NCBI GenBank assembly: GCA_001780035.1
Contig: MFEY01000004.1
Span: 10,399-74,398 of the forward strand
Direction of reading: 5' to 3'
Source of the DNA: Candidatus Doudnabacteria bacterium RIFCSPHIGHO2_12_FULL_48_16
Lineage (GTDB): Bacteria > Patescibacteriota > Doudnabacteria > UBA920 > O2-02-FULL-48-8
DNA length: 64,000 nucleotides
Under the pieces are notes generated by a model. The model was not told the origin of the DNA. It searched no databases and saw only the letters and a program-made list of their open reading frames with translations. This document shows, one piece after another, positions 45,410-55,821 of the stretch. Made by a program: the position numbers and the translations under genes. Position 1 is the first letter of the stretch. Each line of letters opens with the position of its first letter.

Positions 45410-46465
45410 ATGGAAATCAACTACCTACCGCTTAAAAAAGAATCCGAAGAGATCCTGGAGAAGCTCTCCAATACTACGGATTCGCAAGAACTCGCGAAAC
45501 TCGGCCGGCGCCAAGCCGAGCTTTTGCCATTGGTCAATAAAATCGACCGGATCGAAAAGATTAAAATCGAAATCGCCGAACATGAAAAGCTCGTGGCCGA
45601 AAAATCAGAGCTGGCTGAGATGGCTCTCGCTGAACTCCCGGCCCTGCAATCCGAACTGGATGAGCTGTTGGAATATTTACGGATCGCCATGCTGCCGAGG
45701 GATCCGTATGACGACAAAAATATTGTTATGGAAATCCGGGCCGGGGCCGGGGGTGACGAAGCGGGATTGTTTGCCAGCGAGCTGTTCCGCATGTATTCCA
45801 AATATGCCGAAAGGCTCAAATACAAAACCGTCATCGTGGCCGCCAGCCGCACCTCCATCGGCGGCTACAAAGAAGTGATTTTTGAAATTCTGGGCCAAGG
45901 CGCTTATTCCAAATTTAAATATGAATCCGGAGTCCACCGGGTCCAGCGGGTGCCGGAAACCGAAAAAGCCGGCCGCGTTCACACGTCGACAATCACAGTG
46001 GCGGTCATGCCGGTGATTGAGGAAGTCGACTTCAAAATTGATCCCAAAGATATAAAAATGGAGGCCACGACGGCTTCCGGGCATGGCGGGCAATCGGTCA
46101 ACACCACTTATTCCGCCGTCCGCATGACCCATTTGCCGACCGGAATTATGGTCGTCATGCAGGATGAGCGCAGCCAAGCCCAAAACCGGGAAAAAGCCAT
46201 GATGGTTTTGCGCGCACGTGTCATGGCTCTGGAAGAAGAGCGCAAACGCAAGGAGCTGAGCGACAAACGCAAATCCCAGATCGGCACCGGCGACCGGTCA
46301 GAAAAAATCCGAACTTACAACTTTCCCCAGGACCGCATCACCGACCATCGGATCAACCAAAACTGGAGCCAGATCCAAACTATTCTCGATGGCGGCATGG
46401 GTCCAATCACCGAAGCCATGATTGCGGAGGATCAGCGCCGGCAACTCGAAAATCTGAACAAATGA
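45410..46465 (+). CDS. prfA: Peptide chain release factor 1
   Basis: VQRVPET (PxT), [14 protein letters not shown]. Confidence 0.97.
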   Translation: MEINYLPLKKESEEILEKLSNTTDSQELAKLGRRQAELLPLVNKIDRIEKIKIEIAEHEKLVAEKSELAEMALAELPALQSELDELLEYLRIAMLPRDPYDDKNIVMEIRAGAGGDEAGLFASELFRMYSKYAERLKYKTVIVAASRTSIGGYKEVIFEILGQGAYSKFKYESGVHRVQRVPETEKAGRVHTSTITVAVMPVIEEVDFKIDPKDIKMEATTASGHGGQSVNTTYSAVRMTHLPTGIMVVMQDERSQAQNREKAMMVLRARVMALEEERKRKELSDKRKSQIGTGDRSEKIRTYNFPQDRITDHRINQNWSQIQTILDGGMGPITEAMIAEDQRRQLENLNK

Positions 46466-47352
46466 CCATTCGACAAGCATTAAACTCCGCCACTAGGATC
46501 CTTAAACGCAAAAGCACTTCCCCATCTTTGGATGCCGAGGTGCTTTTGGCATACGTGCTTAAAAAACCCAAAACAGACATTTTTGTCCGTATGGACAATT
46601 TTGTCTACAAGCGAGATCGACAAAAATTTTTAGCACTAATCAAGAAACGTTCGCAAGGCTGGCCGGTCGCTTATTTAACCCATGAAAAAGAATTTTTCGG
46701 CTTGAAATTCTACGTCGATAAAAACGTGCTGATCCCCCGCCCGGAAACCGAAGGGCTGGTTGATCTGGTTCTCGAAAAATTAAAAATTGTAAATTATAAA
46801 TTAAAAATCTTGGACATTGGGACTGGCTCGGGATGCATTATTGTTAGTTTAGCCAAGTCTTTGCGCAATGCTGAACTTGTTTCAGCATCCCAACCAAGAG
46901 ATCCTGAAATAAATTCAGAATTTCGATACTTTGCTTCTGACATCTCCTCTGCCGCTCTTAAAATTGCTCGCAAAAATGCCCGCCGGCACAAGGTTAAAGT
47001 TAACTTTAAAAAATCAAATCTTTTATCCGCATGGAAAAATCAACGATTTGACGTCATCGTCGCCAATCTTCCCTATCTGGCCAAAGAAACTGACCCCAGC
47101 ACCAAATTTGAACCTAAAAAAGCTCTAATCGCAAAAAACCACGGATTGGGCTTAATTGCAAAACTGCTCCAACAAATCTCAACGCTCAGCGCTCCTCCCT
47201 CAGCGCTCTTTCTAGAAATTGGCCACGACCAGGGGGCCAAAATAAAAAAATTGGCAGCCAAATGGCTGCCAAGCTTTGATACAAAAATATTCAGAGATAT
47301 GTCGGGAAAAAATCGCTATGCGATCCTGAACGCCCCAGACCTTATTCTTTAG
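46462..47352 (+). CDS. prmC: Release factor glutamine methyltransferase
   Basis: [24 protein letters not shown]; follows prfA. Confidence 0.95.
   Translation: MTIRQALNSATRILKRKSTSPSLDAEVLLAYVLKKPKTDIFVRMDNFVYKRDRQKFLALIKKRSQGWPVAYLTHEKEFFGLKFYVDKNVLIPRPETEGLVDLVLEKLKIVNYKLKILDIGTGSGCIIVSLAKSLRNAELVSASQPRDPEINSEFRYFASDISSAALKIARKNARRHKVKVNFKKSNLLSAWKNQRFDVIVANLPYLAKETDPSTKFEPKKALIAKNHGLGLIAKLLQQISTLSAPPSALFLEIGHDQGAKIKKLAAKWLPSFDTKIFRDMSGKNRYAILNAPDLIL
46864..46925. repeat. REP-like double hairpin inserted in frame in prmC
   Basis: CGCAATGCTGAACTTGTTTCAGCATC...GATCCTGAAATAAATTCAGAATTTCG. Confidence 0.8.
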
Positions 47353-48055
47353 ACTTTTTTTCTTCTTTCTTTTCCGGCTTATTGTCTGGCTTCTCCGCTC
47401 CCTCAACAACTGCCTCGGCGGCCACTTCCGGTTTGACAACGCCCTCCACCTTGGTCACGTCTTCGGTCACCACTTCATCCAAAGCTTTCATTTCTTCTTC
47501 TGAACGAGGAGGCGCAACGTTGACGATCAATTCGTCAGGATTACCCAAAACAACAACCCGGCTGCCGACTTTCAAATCAGACAAGCGGACCATGTCTTCA
47601 AAGCCGCCCAGTATCGAAATATCAACTTCAATTGCGTGGGGCAAATCAGCCGGCAGACATTCGACTTCGACTTCCGTTAAGTTCTTAACGAGTGTGCCAC
47701 CCAAAGTTTTAACCGCCGCGGATTCGCCCACAAGATGGATCGGAACCTTAACTTTGAGCTTTTGGCTCATGTCCACGGCATAAAAATCCACGTGAATGGG
47801 CTGATCATACAAATAATGCCGCTGGACCTCCTGAATCAGGACCGGTTGGGGCTTGCCGTCCACAATCAAACTAACAATAGTGCTCTCGCCGGCGCTCTTA
47901 AACGCCTTGGCAAATTCCTTTTCGTTGAGTTCAATCTGCTGAGTATCGACTTTATGGCCATACAAAACCGCCGGCAGCTTGCCTGCGGCGCGGAGTTTGG
48001 CGACCTGTCGTCCGGTCACGGTTCGTTTGGTAGCTTGAATGGCTATCTGTTCCAT
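47342..48055 (-). CDS. rplY: 50S ribosomal protein L25/CTC
   Basis: LPAVLYGH, IQEVQRH, HVDFY, CLPADLP; start at MEQI. Confidence 0.95.
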   Translation of the reverse strand: MEQIAIQATKRTVTGRQVAKLRAAGKLPAVLYGHKVDTQQIELNEKEFAKAFKSAGESTIVSLIVDGKPQPVLIQEVQRHYLYDQPIHVDFYAVDMSQKLKVKVPIHLVGESAAVKTLGGTLVKNLTEVEVECLPADLPHAIEVDISILGGFEDMVRLSDLKVGSRVVVLGNPDELIVNVAPPRSEEEMKALDEVVTEDVTKVEGVVKPEVAAEAVVEGAEKPDNKPEKKEEKKSKE

Positions 48056-48191
48056 AAGTAAAATATCTGCCTCAGGATAACACTTTTTGAAGAATTGGTC
48101 AAACCTGTATAAATAAAGCATCCGTCGGCCGAAGAGGATCTTCTCCCTTCAGCCGACGGATTAGAATCCAATACTCGACGCCGCGGACTGC

Positions 48192-49361
48192 CTAGCCCAG
48201 AACGTCGATGTATTTATACATGCCGCCGGTGTTGAAGACGACCACCGTGTCGTCCTGTTTGATCGAACCGGCTTCACGGAGCACGTGCACCGCGTGCATC
48301 GCCGCACCACCCTCAGGTGCCGCATTGATGCCTTCAAAGCGACCGAGGTCGCGCATGCCCTGAACCATGTCCGTGTCCGCGACGGCGACCGCTGCGCCCT
48401 GGCTCTCACGCACGGCGCGCAGAACCAGAAAATCGCCAATGGCCCGAGGCACCCGCAAGCCGTCCGCGATTGTGGTCGCGTTCTCCCACGGCCGGGCCTT
48501 CTCCGTACCTTCATCGAATGCACGCACGATCGGCGCGCAGTTGGCGGCCTGAACCGTGACCATATGCGGCCGCTTGACTGGATCGATCCACCCCATGGCG
48601 CTCATTTCCTCGAACGCCTTCCACATGCCAACCATGCCGGTTCCGCCACCGGTCGGGTAGATGATCCAATCGGGCAAGCGCCAACCGAACTGTTCGGCGA
48701 GTTCGTAGCCCATGATCTTCTTGCCCTCGATGCGATACGGCTCCTTGAGCGTAGAGACGTCATACCAGCCGAGCGGTCCGCCCGTTTCGGCGGCAATCCG
48801 ACCGGCGTCAGTAATGAGTCCATCCACGAGTGTGACCTTGGCGCCGTACAACTCGCATTCGCGGATGAACGGCGTCTTCACGTCGCGCGGCATAAACACC
48901 TGAGCCTCAAGTCCCGCCTTGGCCGCATACGCTGCCATGGCACAGCCGGCGTTGCCGGCCGTGGGGATGGACAGGACCTGGGCGCCGAGATACATGGCCC
49001 GTGTCACAGCCGCGGACAGCCCGCGCGCCTTGAACGAATTGGTCGGGTTCAGTGATTCATCCTTGACGAAAAGTTTCGTGAGACCGAGCTCGCGCCCCAG
49101 CCGTTCGGCGTGAACCAGCGGTGTCCAACCCTCGCCGAGCGACACCGGCGCCTCACCAGGCAGCAGTGGCATCACTTCGCTATACCGCCACATCGATCGC
49201 TCGTCCATGATCATGGCGCTGCGACCCTTTTTGCAGGCGGCATCGAGGTTGTAGCGCACCAGCAACGGCATCCCGCACTCGCAGAGATGGTGCGGTTGTC
49301 GAGGATCGAATGGACCGGCGCCACAAGGCACTGAACATTCCAAATAAAATGACAGTCGCAT
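48192..49361 (-). CDS. thrC: Threonine synthase (fold-type II PLP enzyme)
   Basis: SLGEGWTPL, NPTNSFKARG, PTAGNA, PYRIEGKK, YPTGGG, FNTGG; GC-rich; SD GAGGAG. Confidence 0.88.
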   Translation of the reverse strand: MRLSFYLECSVPCGAGPFDPRQPHHLCECGMPLLVRYNLDAACKKGRSAMIMDERSMWRYSEVMPLLPGEAPVSLGEGWTPLVHAERLGRELGLTKLFVKDESLNPTNSFKARGLSAAVTRAMYLGAQVLSIPTAGNAGCAMAAYAAKAGLEAQVFMPRDVKTPFIRECELYGAKVTLVDGLITDAGRIAAETGGPLGWYDVSTLKEPYRIEGKKIMGYELAEQFGWRLPDWIIYPTGGGTGMVGMWKAFEEMSAMGWIDPVKRPHMVTVQAANCAPIVRAFDEGTEKARPWENATTIADGLRVPRAIGDFLVLRAVRESQGAAVAVADTDMVQGMRDLGRFEGINAAPEGGAAMHAVHVLREAGSIKQDDTVVVFNTGGMYKYIDVLG

Positions 49362-49501
49362 GTCAGTCTCCTCACAAAACGGTTTTGCCCGGAAATGAGC
49401 AGAACCAAAGATCCTCTTTCGAATTGATAGAGTATCTTATCAATCGAGAGCAAAGAAGTCAAACAAAAAAATCCCGCCAACAGCAAAATTAAATTTAAAA
49501 A

Positions 49502-49858
49502 TTATTTCAGGATGGATCTAAAATCCCCGTCGAATTCTCTCAAGAACTCATGAGTCGCCAGGACTTCATCGGAGGAAATCGGCTGGCTGTTTTTGAACTT
49601 GCTGGTATCTTGCGATGTCAGATCAGTCACCATGCCGATGGAGAAAATCTCCGGCCCGTCAATGGCAATCGAAAATACCACCGAACTTTTACATTTGTCG
49701 CAGTCGGTATGGACCAAGATGCTGCGGCCCATCATCGGCTTGTCGTCAGCCGCGTCAATGATTTTGGTCTGCGACGCTTCGTATTTATGCCCGCAGACAG
49801 GACAGCGCAGAATATGCGCCAGCCATTGCAAAATTCGATTTAAATCAAACTTTTTCAT
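49502..49858 (-). CDS. Zinc-ribbon hypothetical protein
   Basis: CPVC...CDKC; TDLT; DEVL..HEFL..FDGDF. Confidence 0.8.
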   Translation of the reverse strand: MKKFDLNRILQWLAHILRCPVCGHKYEASQTKIIDAADDKPMMGRSILVHTDCDKCKSSVVFSIAIDGPEIFSIGMVTDLTSQDTSKFKNSQPISSDEVLATHEFLREFDGDFRSILK

Positions 49859-49924
49859 TCGTAATTGTTACTCGATACCCCAAAATCTGTATGCCTTAAG
49901 TTTATTACACTTTTTGACCCCCCG

Positions 49925-51352
49925 TCAATCAGCTGACGTTTCCGGAAGCAACCGAGGGCGGCAATCGTAAATGCCGATATAATTGTCGGTTTCGTTGGAA
50001 GTGCTGGGGAACAATTTAAGTGGCTGGCAGAACTCGACAAACACCGCGCGCGAAAAATATCCTTCAAATCCCGTTTGGTTAATTCCATACTCCGGATAGT
50101 CGCTGATTCTGGCCAGCAAGTAAATCCCCTCCGTAGCGGCCTGCCGACTGACAGTTTCCAAATCCAGGGTGCCAGCGGAAAAAACCTGGGCATTGGTATC
50201 GATATAATTGCCAAAAAGTTTTTTGCCCGATAGCAAAGCGACGGCCGGCGCCAGCTCATGCGAACCATAAATTTGGCTGTGAGCGGTTTGCGCCTGCAGA
50301 AAACTTCCGATTTCTTGAACGTTCAAAAACCGGCCGCTAAGCAATACCGTGGTTTGATATTGATAAAAGCCAAACAGCAAATTAACCACCAAAGCCAGCA
50401 GCGCCACTAGTGCCAGCGGTCTGACTTCCGGGCTTTGGACCGCTCTAGCGGCAAAGCCGACGGAGAGCAGGACCAAATAAGGGAATAAAAATGACAAATA
50501 CAGATAATAGAGATCCCGAAAAAACAGAAAAAAAATAACCGAGAAAGCCAGCGGCCAGAAATATTCCCGCCCGGATTTATAAAACACGCCAGCCAGGCCG
50601 GCCAGCCAGAATGCCCATTCGTGGCTTAAGAAGAACCGCCAGACCGCCCACGAGTTGAGGCCGGACGTGCGATGCAATTGATGTAAGATAATCGAATCAA
50701 TCAGGCCCCGGGGTGACATAAGCAAAAACGGCAGCATCACAATTGTCCCGCTCGCCGCCAGCCCCCAGATAAAATGCCAGGAAAATTTTTTGGCCAAAAT
50801 CAAATACAGCAGCCAACCGAGCAATGCCGGCAGCGCATAAAGCTTGGTCAGCGCGGCCAAAGACCAAAAAACCCCGGACCAAAACGGATGTCGGGCCTGG
50901 TATAAAAAATCCCCGAGCAATGCGAACAGAACAACCAATTGCACTCCGGTGGAAAAATCCGAAGTGGCCAGAACGGTAAACGAAAATAAATAAAGGACCG
51001 GCGCCAAGAAAGCTAGGTGGTTCGTCGGCTTAAGCAAGCGCCAGAGCAAAACGGCGTTGATAATCTGCAAAATTACCGGTATTGTCTGATACCATAGCCA
51101 GTGGGTGCCAAAAATTGTCCGAACCAGGCTTAAAAACAGCACGAAGAACGGCGGATCAGCCAAAAAGAAATCCCGATAAGGCCAATGGCCATGCAAAAAC
51201 TGATCCACCATATACAAATACGCGTTGCCGTCGCCAAACCGCCAGGCCAGGTTTGAAAGTTTGTAAATTAAAAAAGCCAAGCAGGCTGAAATCACAATCA
51301 GGTTCTGTCTGGTAAATATATATTTAAATATGTATTTTAATCTATCCGGCAT
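49925..51352 (-). CDS. GT-C fold membrane glycosyltransferase (ArnT/GT87-like)
   Basis: GDGNAY..G.WPYRDFFLADPP; multiple TM helices; ALTKLY. Confidence 0.8.
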   Translation of the reverse strand: MPDRLKYIFKYIFTRQNLIVISACLAFLIYKLSNLAWRFGDGNAYLYMVDQFLHGHWPYRDFFLADPPFFVLFLSLVRTIFGTHWLWYQTIPVILQIINAVLLWRLLKPTNHLAFLAPVLYLFSFTVLATSDFSTGVQLVVLFALLGDFLYQARHPFWSGVFWSLAALTKLYALPALLGWLLYLILAKKFSWHFIWGLAASGTIVMLPFLLMSPRGLIDSIILHQLHRTSGLNSWAVWRFFLSHEWAFWLAGLAGVFYKSGREYFWPLAFSVIFFLFFRDLYYLYLSFLFPYLVLLSVGFAARAVQSPEVRPLALVALLALVVNLLFGFYQYQTTVLLSGRFLNVQEIGSFLQAQTAHSQIYGSHELAPAVALLSGKKLFGNYIDTNAQVFSAGTLDLETVSRQAATEGIYLLARISDYPEYGINQTGFEGYFSRAVFVEFCQPLKLFPSTSNETDNYIGIYDCRPRLLPETSAD

Positions 51353-51356
51353 TGTT

Positions 51357-52457
51357 TCAGTCAAACCTGACCGCCCGTTGCCGCGCAATCACGCTTTGCA
51401 CCAGGCCCAAAGCGAGCATAGTGGTAATGAGCGAGCTGCCGCCATAACTGAGCAGCGGCAATGGAATGCCGGTCACTGGCATCAAACCGACATTCATCCC
51501 AATGTTGATTAAAAACTGGATCAAGAGCATAAAAAATATCCCCAGGGTCAGATACATCCCAAAGTTATCGCGGGCCAGCTTGCAGGCTTTAATGATTCGG
51601 GCAAACATGACGCCAAACATCGTTAAAATAAACAAGCTGCCGACCAGGCCCAATTCTTCAGCCGTGGAAGCAAAAATGAAGTCAGTTTGCCGCTCCGGCA
51701 AAAACTTAAGCTGGGATTGCAGGCCGCGGCCGACTCCCCGGCCGGTCATGGAGCCTGACCCGACCGCGATGATTGATTGAATGACATTGTAGCCCCGGCC
51801 GCGGGGATCGGCTTGCGGGTCCAAAAACGTATAGATCCGGTTTTTCTGGTAATCATGCAGCACAAAAAACCAGCCGAACACGCCCAAGACCACGGCGATC
51901 AAAGCCAATATGGCCAGATGTTTTTTGTTCATTCTGGAAAACAGCAACATGCAAAGCCAGGTCAAAAATAGGACCAATGAGGTCCCCAAGTCCGGCTCAA
52001 TTAAAATCAGGCCGGCCGGGACAGCGACGTATACGGCGGAGAGCAGGACATACCAGAGACTCTTAATCTTTTCGCCTGATTGATCCAGGAATTTGGCCAT
52101 AATGATGACCATAAACAGCTTGGCAAATTCCGCCGGCTGCAAACGGAAAATCCAGAGGTCAATCCAGCGAGTCGAGCCCTGAATGTTTCGGCCGAATAGC
52201 CAGACCGCGATCAGCAGCAAAACCGTAATTATATACAAAACTCCCGTGGTTTTTTTTAGCTTGCGATAATCAAAAAACGCCACGGCAAACAAAGCCACAA
52301 AACCCAGGACGGCGTAAACCGACTGGCGACCGAGCAAATTGGTTGGGCTATTGAGTGTTGTGGAATAAATCATCAACAAACCCAAAACGAGCAGCAGAGA
52401 ACTGCTGCTGAAAATATAAAGATCAAAGTATTTGAATCCCGAGAGCCAATTTCTCAT
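51357..52457 (-). CDS. rodA: SEDS peptidoglycan polymerase RodA
   Basis: RWID, QPAEFAK, EPDLG, GYNVIQS, LPERQTDFIF, LSYGGSS. Confidence 0.93.
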   Translation of the reverse strand: MRNWLSGFKYFDLYIFSSSSLLLVLGLLMIYSTTLNSPTNLLGRQSVYAVLGFVALFAVAFFDYRKLKKTTGVLYIITVLLLIAVWLFGRNIQGSTRWIDLWIFRLQPAEFAKLFMVIIMAKFLDQSGEKIKSLWYVLLSAVYVAVPAGLILIEPDLGTSLVLFLTWLCMLLFSRMNKKHLAILALIAVVLGVFGWFFVLHDYQKNRIYTFLDPQADPRGRGYNVIQSIIAVGSGSMTGRGVGRGLQSQLKFLPERQTDFIFASTAEELGLVGSLFILTMFGVMFARIIKACKLARDNFGMYLTLGIFFMLLIQFLINIGMNVGLMPVTGIPLPLLSYGGSSLITTMLALGLVQSVIARQRAVRFD

Positions 52458-52523
52458 CCCGTTAGAAATAGTGATTAGTTAATTTATATTATTTTTACAA
52501 TCAACGCAGAATTTCTAACGGGA
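52457..52523. mobile_element. MITE-like element, TCCCGTTAGAAAT family (copy B)
   Basis: 13-bp perfect TIR; ATGAG on both flanks (minus strand). Confidence 0.8.
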
Positions 52524-52524
52524 C

Positions 52525-53343
52525 TCATTGCTGGTCAAAAGGCGATATGCCCGCATCGGTTGATAAAATATTACGGTCAAAAATATTTATTTCCGGGACA
52601 ATCTCAGCCCGCACTGCGCCGGTAACCGGGCTGGCCCAAACATACTGGAAGGTCCGCGTTTCGCCGGACCGGACCTGATTTAGATAAGTGAAATTCACTC
52701 CCACCACTTCATTTTTGGCATTATAAAGCGCCACTGGCAGATTGATTTGATTGATGGTAAACGCGCTCAGGTTCCGGATTCCCGCTGAAACCAAGGTCGC
52801 ATCATTGCCGGTTTTAAAACTGACGCGCTCCAATTCAACGGTCAGACTCAGTGCCGGCTTGCGCAAGAACTCCGTGGCCTCCAAAGTTACCTGTATGGTC
52901 TCCGGTTTCTGTTGGGAGGTGAAACGAGAAAACACGACCAGTTTTTCCGAAGCCGGGAGAATAAAAACTGCACCGGCAATCCGGTTGATCAAAGTGCCCC
53001 CCAAGGTTTTGAATTCCACGGTGTAACGCTGGGCGGGAGTGCCCCATTCCAAATTGACGTTTTTGATCCTAATATATCCGGAGTAAGCGTTCTGGCCGAG
53101 GCTGAAAATTTTCTGATCCATAACCGAGAGCGGCACGGTGACGGCTTCGGTGTAAATCACCTGTGGCGGATGATAACTGCTCACGATTGCCCGCGTCAAC
53201 AAAAATTTGGCCGTATAAAACATCGGAATGATAGCAACAATCGTGATGATCAGGGCATACCACCATCCCCGGCCGGTTTCGGTCAAAAGATCGCCGGCAA
53301 TCAACCCCCATTCTTGCAACCGTTCATTTTTATTTAAAGCCAT
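52525..53343 (-). CDS. Membrane-anchored protein with two Ig-like (FxLYD-like) domains
   Basis: TM helix; IKNVN / IRNLS repeats; VALYNAKNEVVG. Confidence 0.7.
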   Translation of the reverse strand: MALNKNERLQEWGLIAGDLLTETGRGWWYALIITIVAIIPMFYTAKFLLTRAIVSSYHPPQVIYTEAVTVPLSVMDQKIFSLGQNAYSGYIRIKNVNLEWGTPAQRYTVEFKTLGGTLINRIAGAVFILPASEKLVVFSRFTSQQKPETIQVTLEATEFLRKPALSLTVELERVSFKTGNDATLVSAGIRNLSAFTINQINLPVALYNAKNEVVGVNFTYLNQVRSGETRTFQYVWASPVTGAVRAEIVPEINIFDRNILSTDAGISPFDQQ

Positions 53344-53471
53344 TGTGTTTCTCAGGTTTAAAAAGGCAAATAAATTATACCACTTCTTGTACCAAAATCA
53401 AAACAATCTAGGTCACTTTTCATGCAACTCCTTTCATACAACTCTACAACTCCTTGCCTCTTTCCTACCCA

Positions 53472-53509
53472 CATAGTACACTTTAAGCGATCGTGTAATC
53501 CGTACTATG
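53472..53509 (+). repeat. 38-bp palindromic direct repeat, left copy (includes the start ATG)
   Basis: CATAGTACACTTTAAGCGATCGTGTAATCCGTACTATG. Confidence 0.85.
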
Positions 53510-54061
53510 AAACCAAAAAACGAATTATCATATAAAATCTTAAAAATACTTAGCGTAGGAGCCCTGATTACGGCAGTCTCGATACTCTCCCCGACCCTAC
53601 CTTATGTCTTGCTGCGTGCATATTTGAGGCGGAAACTCAGGACTAAGTATACTCCTTATCAAATTAATAATAGCTTGGCCTATTTGAAGCGTAAAAAATT
53701 TATTGCTTTTAAGTTCAAAGAACGCAAACTTAAAATTATGATTAGTAAACTTGGTCGGCGGCATTTTGCTAAACAAAGCATGAATGAAATCGAGATCAAA
53801 CCCACAACATGGGATAGACGATGGCGATTGTTGACTTTTGATATTCCGGAAAATCACAAAGGCGCTAGACAAACATTTCGCCGTAAACTAAAGGATCTGG
53901 GATTTTTTCACTTTCAACGTAGCGTCTTTATTTTCCCTTACGCCTGTGAGCTTGAGCTCGGAGAACTGGCGAATATTTTGGATATCAGGGAATATGTGCA
54001 TATACTAATTTGTGACCGGTTCCCAGGCGACCAACCCTTAGTCAAAAAATTCAAACTATAA
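53507..54061 (+). CDS. Stand-alone PaaX-like wHTH plus Cas2-like domain protein
   Basis: WDRRWRLLTFDIPE...RQTFRRKLKDLGFFHFQRSVF; AT-rich. Confidence 0.85.
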   Translation: MKPKNELSYKILKILSVGALITAVSILSPTLPYVLLRAYLRRKLRTKYTPYQINNSLAYLKRKKFIAFKFKERKLKIMISKLGRRHFAKQSMNEIEIKPTTWDRRWRLLTFDIPENHKGARQTFRRKLKDLGFFHFQRSVFIFPYACELELGELANILDIREYVHILICDRFPGDQPLVKKFKL

Positions 54062-54072
54062 CAATTCCGGAC

Positions 54073-54110
54073 CATAGTACATTTTAAGCGATCGCGCATT
54101 TTGTACTATT
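54073..54110 (+). repeat. 38-bp palindromic direct repeat, right copy
   Basis: CATAGTACATTTTAAGCGATCGCGCATTTTGTACTATT; 31/38 identical to the left copy. Confidence 0.85.
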
Positions 54111-54155
54111 GAATATTATTAAACATTAAACGAATAAAGATAAAAAAATAAAAGA

Positions 54156-54195
54156 AAAACGGGTCTCGCGTGCACTTGCGTGCACGCGAGACCCC
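54156..54195 (-). terminator. Intrinsic terminator of the asparaginase cassette
   Basis: GGGTCTCGCGTGCAC/GTGCACGCGAGACCC perfect stem plus T tract. Confidence 0.8.
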
Positions 54196-54215
54196 GGAAT
54201 CGTGTTTGACCACTG

Positions 54216-54557
54216 TCACGACTGGACCGGTCGGTCGGACTGAGGAGCGATGGCGGCAATGGTAGCGCGGGTATATGCGATACCTCTGCGGTGCATCTCC
54301 GCCAAAACCCGATTTGCGTTCATCGGGTTCTCGATCACGTTGTAGCCAACGGCGGCTGTGACCGAACACTCGCCATTGGGCTTGTCGATGACCACGGCCG
54401 ACATGACCTTGAAATCGACAGCCTGACAAATTGTGCTCAAGCTGCCCAGAAACTGCTGCGTCGCGTGGTTGATCAGCTCTGTGGCCATCGCTTCGCGCTT
54501 TGCCTGATCCTTTTCAGCGCGAATCCGATCGAGGCTTGCCGACGGGCTATTCCACAT
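54216..54557 (-). CDS. Hypothetical protein
   Basis: Strong SD GAGGAGGAGGAG; overlaps the asparaginase stop; GC-rich. Confidence 0.65.
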   Translation of the reverse strand: MWNSPSASLDRIRAEKDQAKREAMATELINHATQQFLGSLSTICQAVDFKVMSAVVIDKPNGECSVTAAVGYNVIENPMNANRVLAEMHRRGIAYTRATIAAIAPQSDRPVQS

Positions 54558-55662
54558 TATCACTCCTCCTCCTCCTCGCTGTCGGCTTCGGGTTGAACCA
54601 CATCGTTACATCCTCATCGATTCCCGGAAGCAGTTCGCCCACAATGTTGGTTGAGATGAACTCCTGAATTCGCGCCGGATCGTTGGGGTACATCGCGATA
54701 GCCTGGCGGAATTTGAAATCCGCCATGTCTGGGGTCAGACTCTCGAGACTCAAAGCCCCAGCGTCCTTGGCCTTCTTGCCCAGTTCGTAACGGTCAAGAA
54801 TGACTCGGCCATCTTCAAACGGAGACAAAATTCCCACGTGGATGCCCGCTTCCGTTGCGGCCTTGATGGCATCGATCCAAGAGTACTCCTCGCCGGATTC
54901 ATCATCCCGCCAGTTCTTGTCAGGGATGTTGCCGGCGCCCTTGGCCTCGAGAATCACACCCTTGAGCCGGCGTTTGGTCACCATGTCCATCAAAACCCAC
55001 GGCGGTGTGTCGGCTGAAACCTTAAAGGTCGCGACCCAACGCTCGAAGTTCACGTCGAGACGTAATCCCTGAACAGCCAGGACGCGATCCTTGCGCTGCA
55101 GCCCTTCCTCGAGCCGGATGTGTGGCCATGAATGCGCCACGGGATGACGGCCAGGGGTATGAAACGCATTCGGATCGGACTCTGCGCGCTTGCGCACGCG
55201 ACTGCCGTCCAAAACGTCTCCGATACAGACGCTGTAGACGCCCACCACGCCATGGTTATGGAATGCCTTGGCGACTCGCAACGTATTGCCGATCTGCATG
55301 GCGACGTCTGAGCCAATTTCGCTCTTGCTCATCTGTGCACCGATCACGAAGACCGGTTTCTGCAACGAGAGCTTGAAAATCATGCTCAAGGCGCCACAGG
55401 TTTCAGCGAGACTGTCCGTGCCGTGAAGAACGACGAACGCGTCGTGGTCGTCGTAGCTCTTACGAATCTCTCCAGCCATGGCCACGCGCTCGATGTGCTG
55501 GATGTTCGTTGAATCCTGGCGACTCACGAAGTCAGCCAAGGTCAACTCAACGTCCAGTGGGATGTTGATTCCTCTCAGCAACTCCTCGGCCGACTGCGCC
55601 GGCCGCAGAGGTTCACCGATCATCCCCAAAGTGCCACCGGTGTTTAGAACGTAAACCTTCAT
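54547..55662 (-). CDS. ansA: Type I L-asparaginase-like protein
   Basis: NTGGTLGM, DSTN, FVVLHGTDSL, GAQ, GAGNIP; SD AGGAG. Confidence 0.8.
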   Translation of the reverse strand: MKVYVLNTGGTLGMIGEPLRPAQSAEELLRGINIPLDVELTLADFVSRQDSTNIQHIERVAMAGEIRKSYDDHDAFVVLHGTDSLAETCGALSMIFKLSLQKPVFVIGAQMSKSEIGSDVAMQIGNTLRVAKAFHNHGVVGVYSVCIGDVLDGSRVRKRAESDPNAFHTPGRHPVAHSWPHIRLEEGLQRKDRVLAVQGLRLDVNFERWVATFKVSADTPPWVLMDMVTKRRLKGVILEAKGAGNIPDKNWRDDESGEEYSWIDAIKAATEAGIHVGILSPFEDGRVILDRYELGKKAKDAGALSLESLTPDMADFKFRQAIAMYPNDPARIQEFISTNIVGELLPGIDEDVTMWFNPKPTARRRRSDNVE

Positions 55663-55821
55663 CTCGTCACTCCTACTATTTTTGCACACCTGTTAAGGGT
55701 GGCTGCCTGGAACCTCCAAACGCATATAGCGCCTGGCACAGGACCTGTGAATATAGCGTTTTTAAAGCGTTTTGTCAATAGTTTTGCATTGTTTCTGATT
55801 TTTGCCATAATACCACTACTT

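Noticed and set aside
53472-54110. CRISPR array or CRISPR-Cas locus
   Set aside because: Only two repeats, separated by a whole gene rather than a spacer; no cas1 or effector genes in the window
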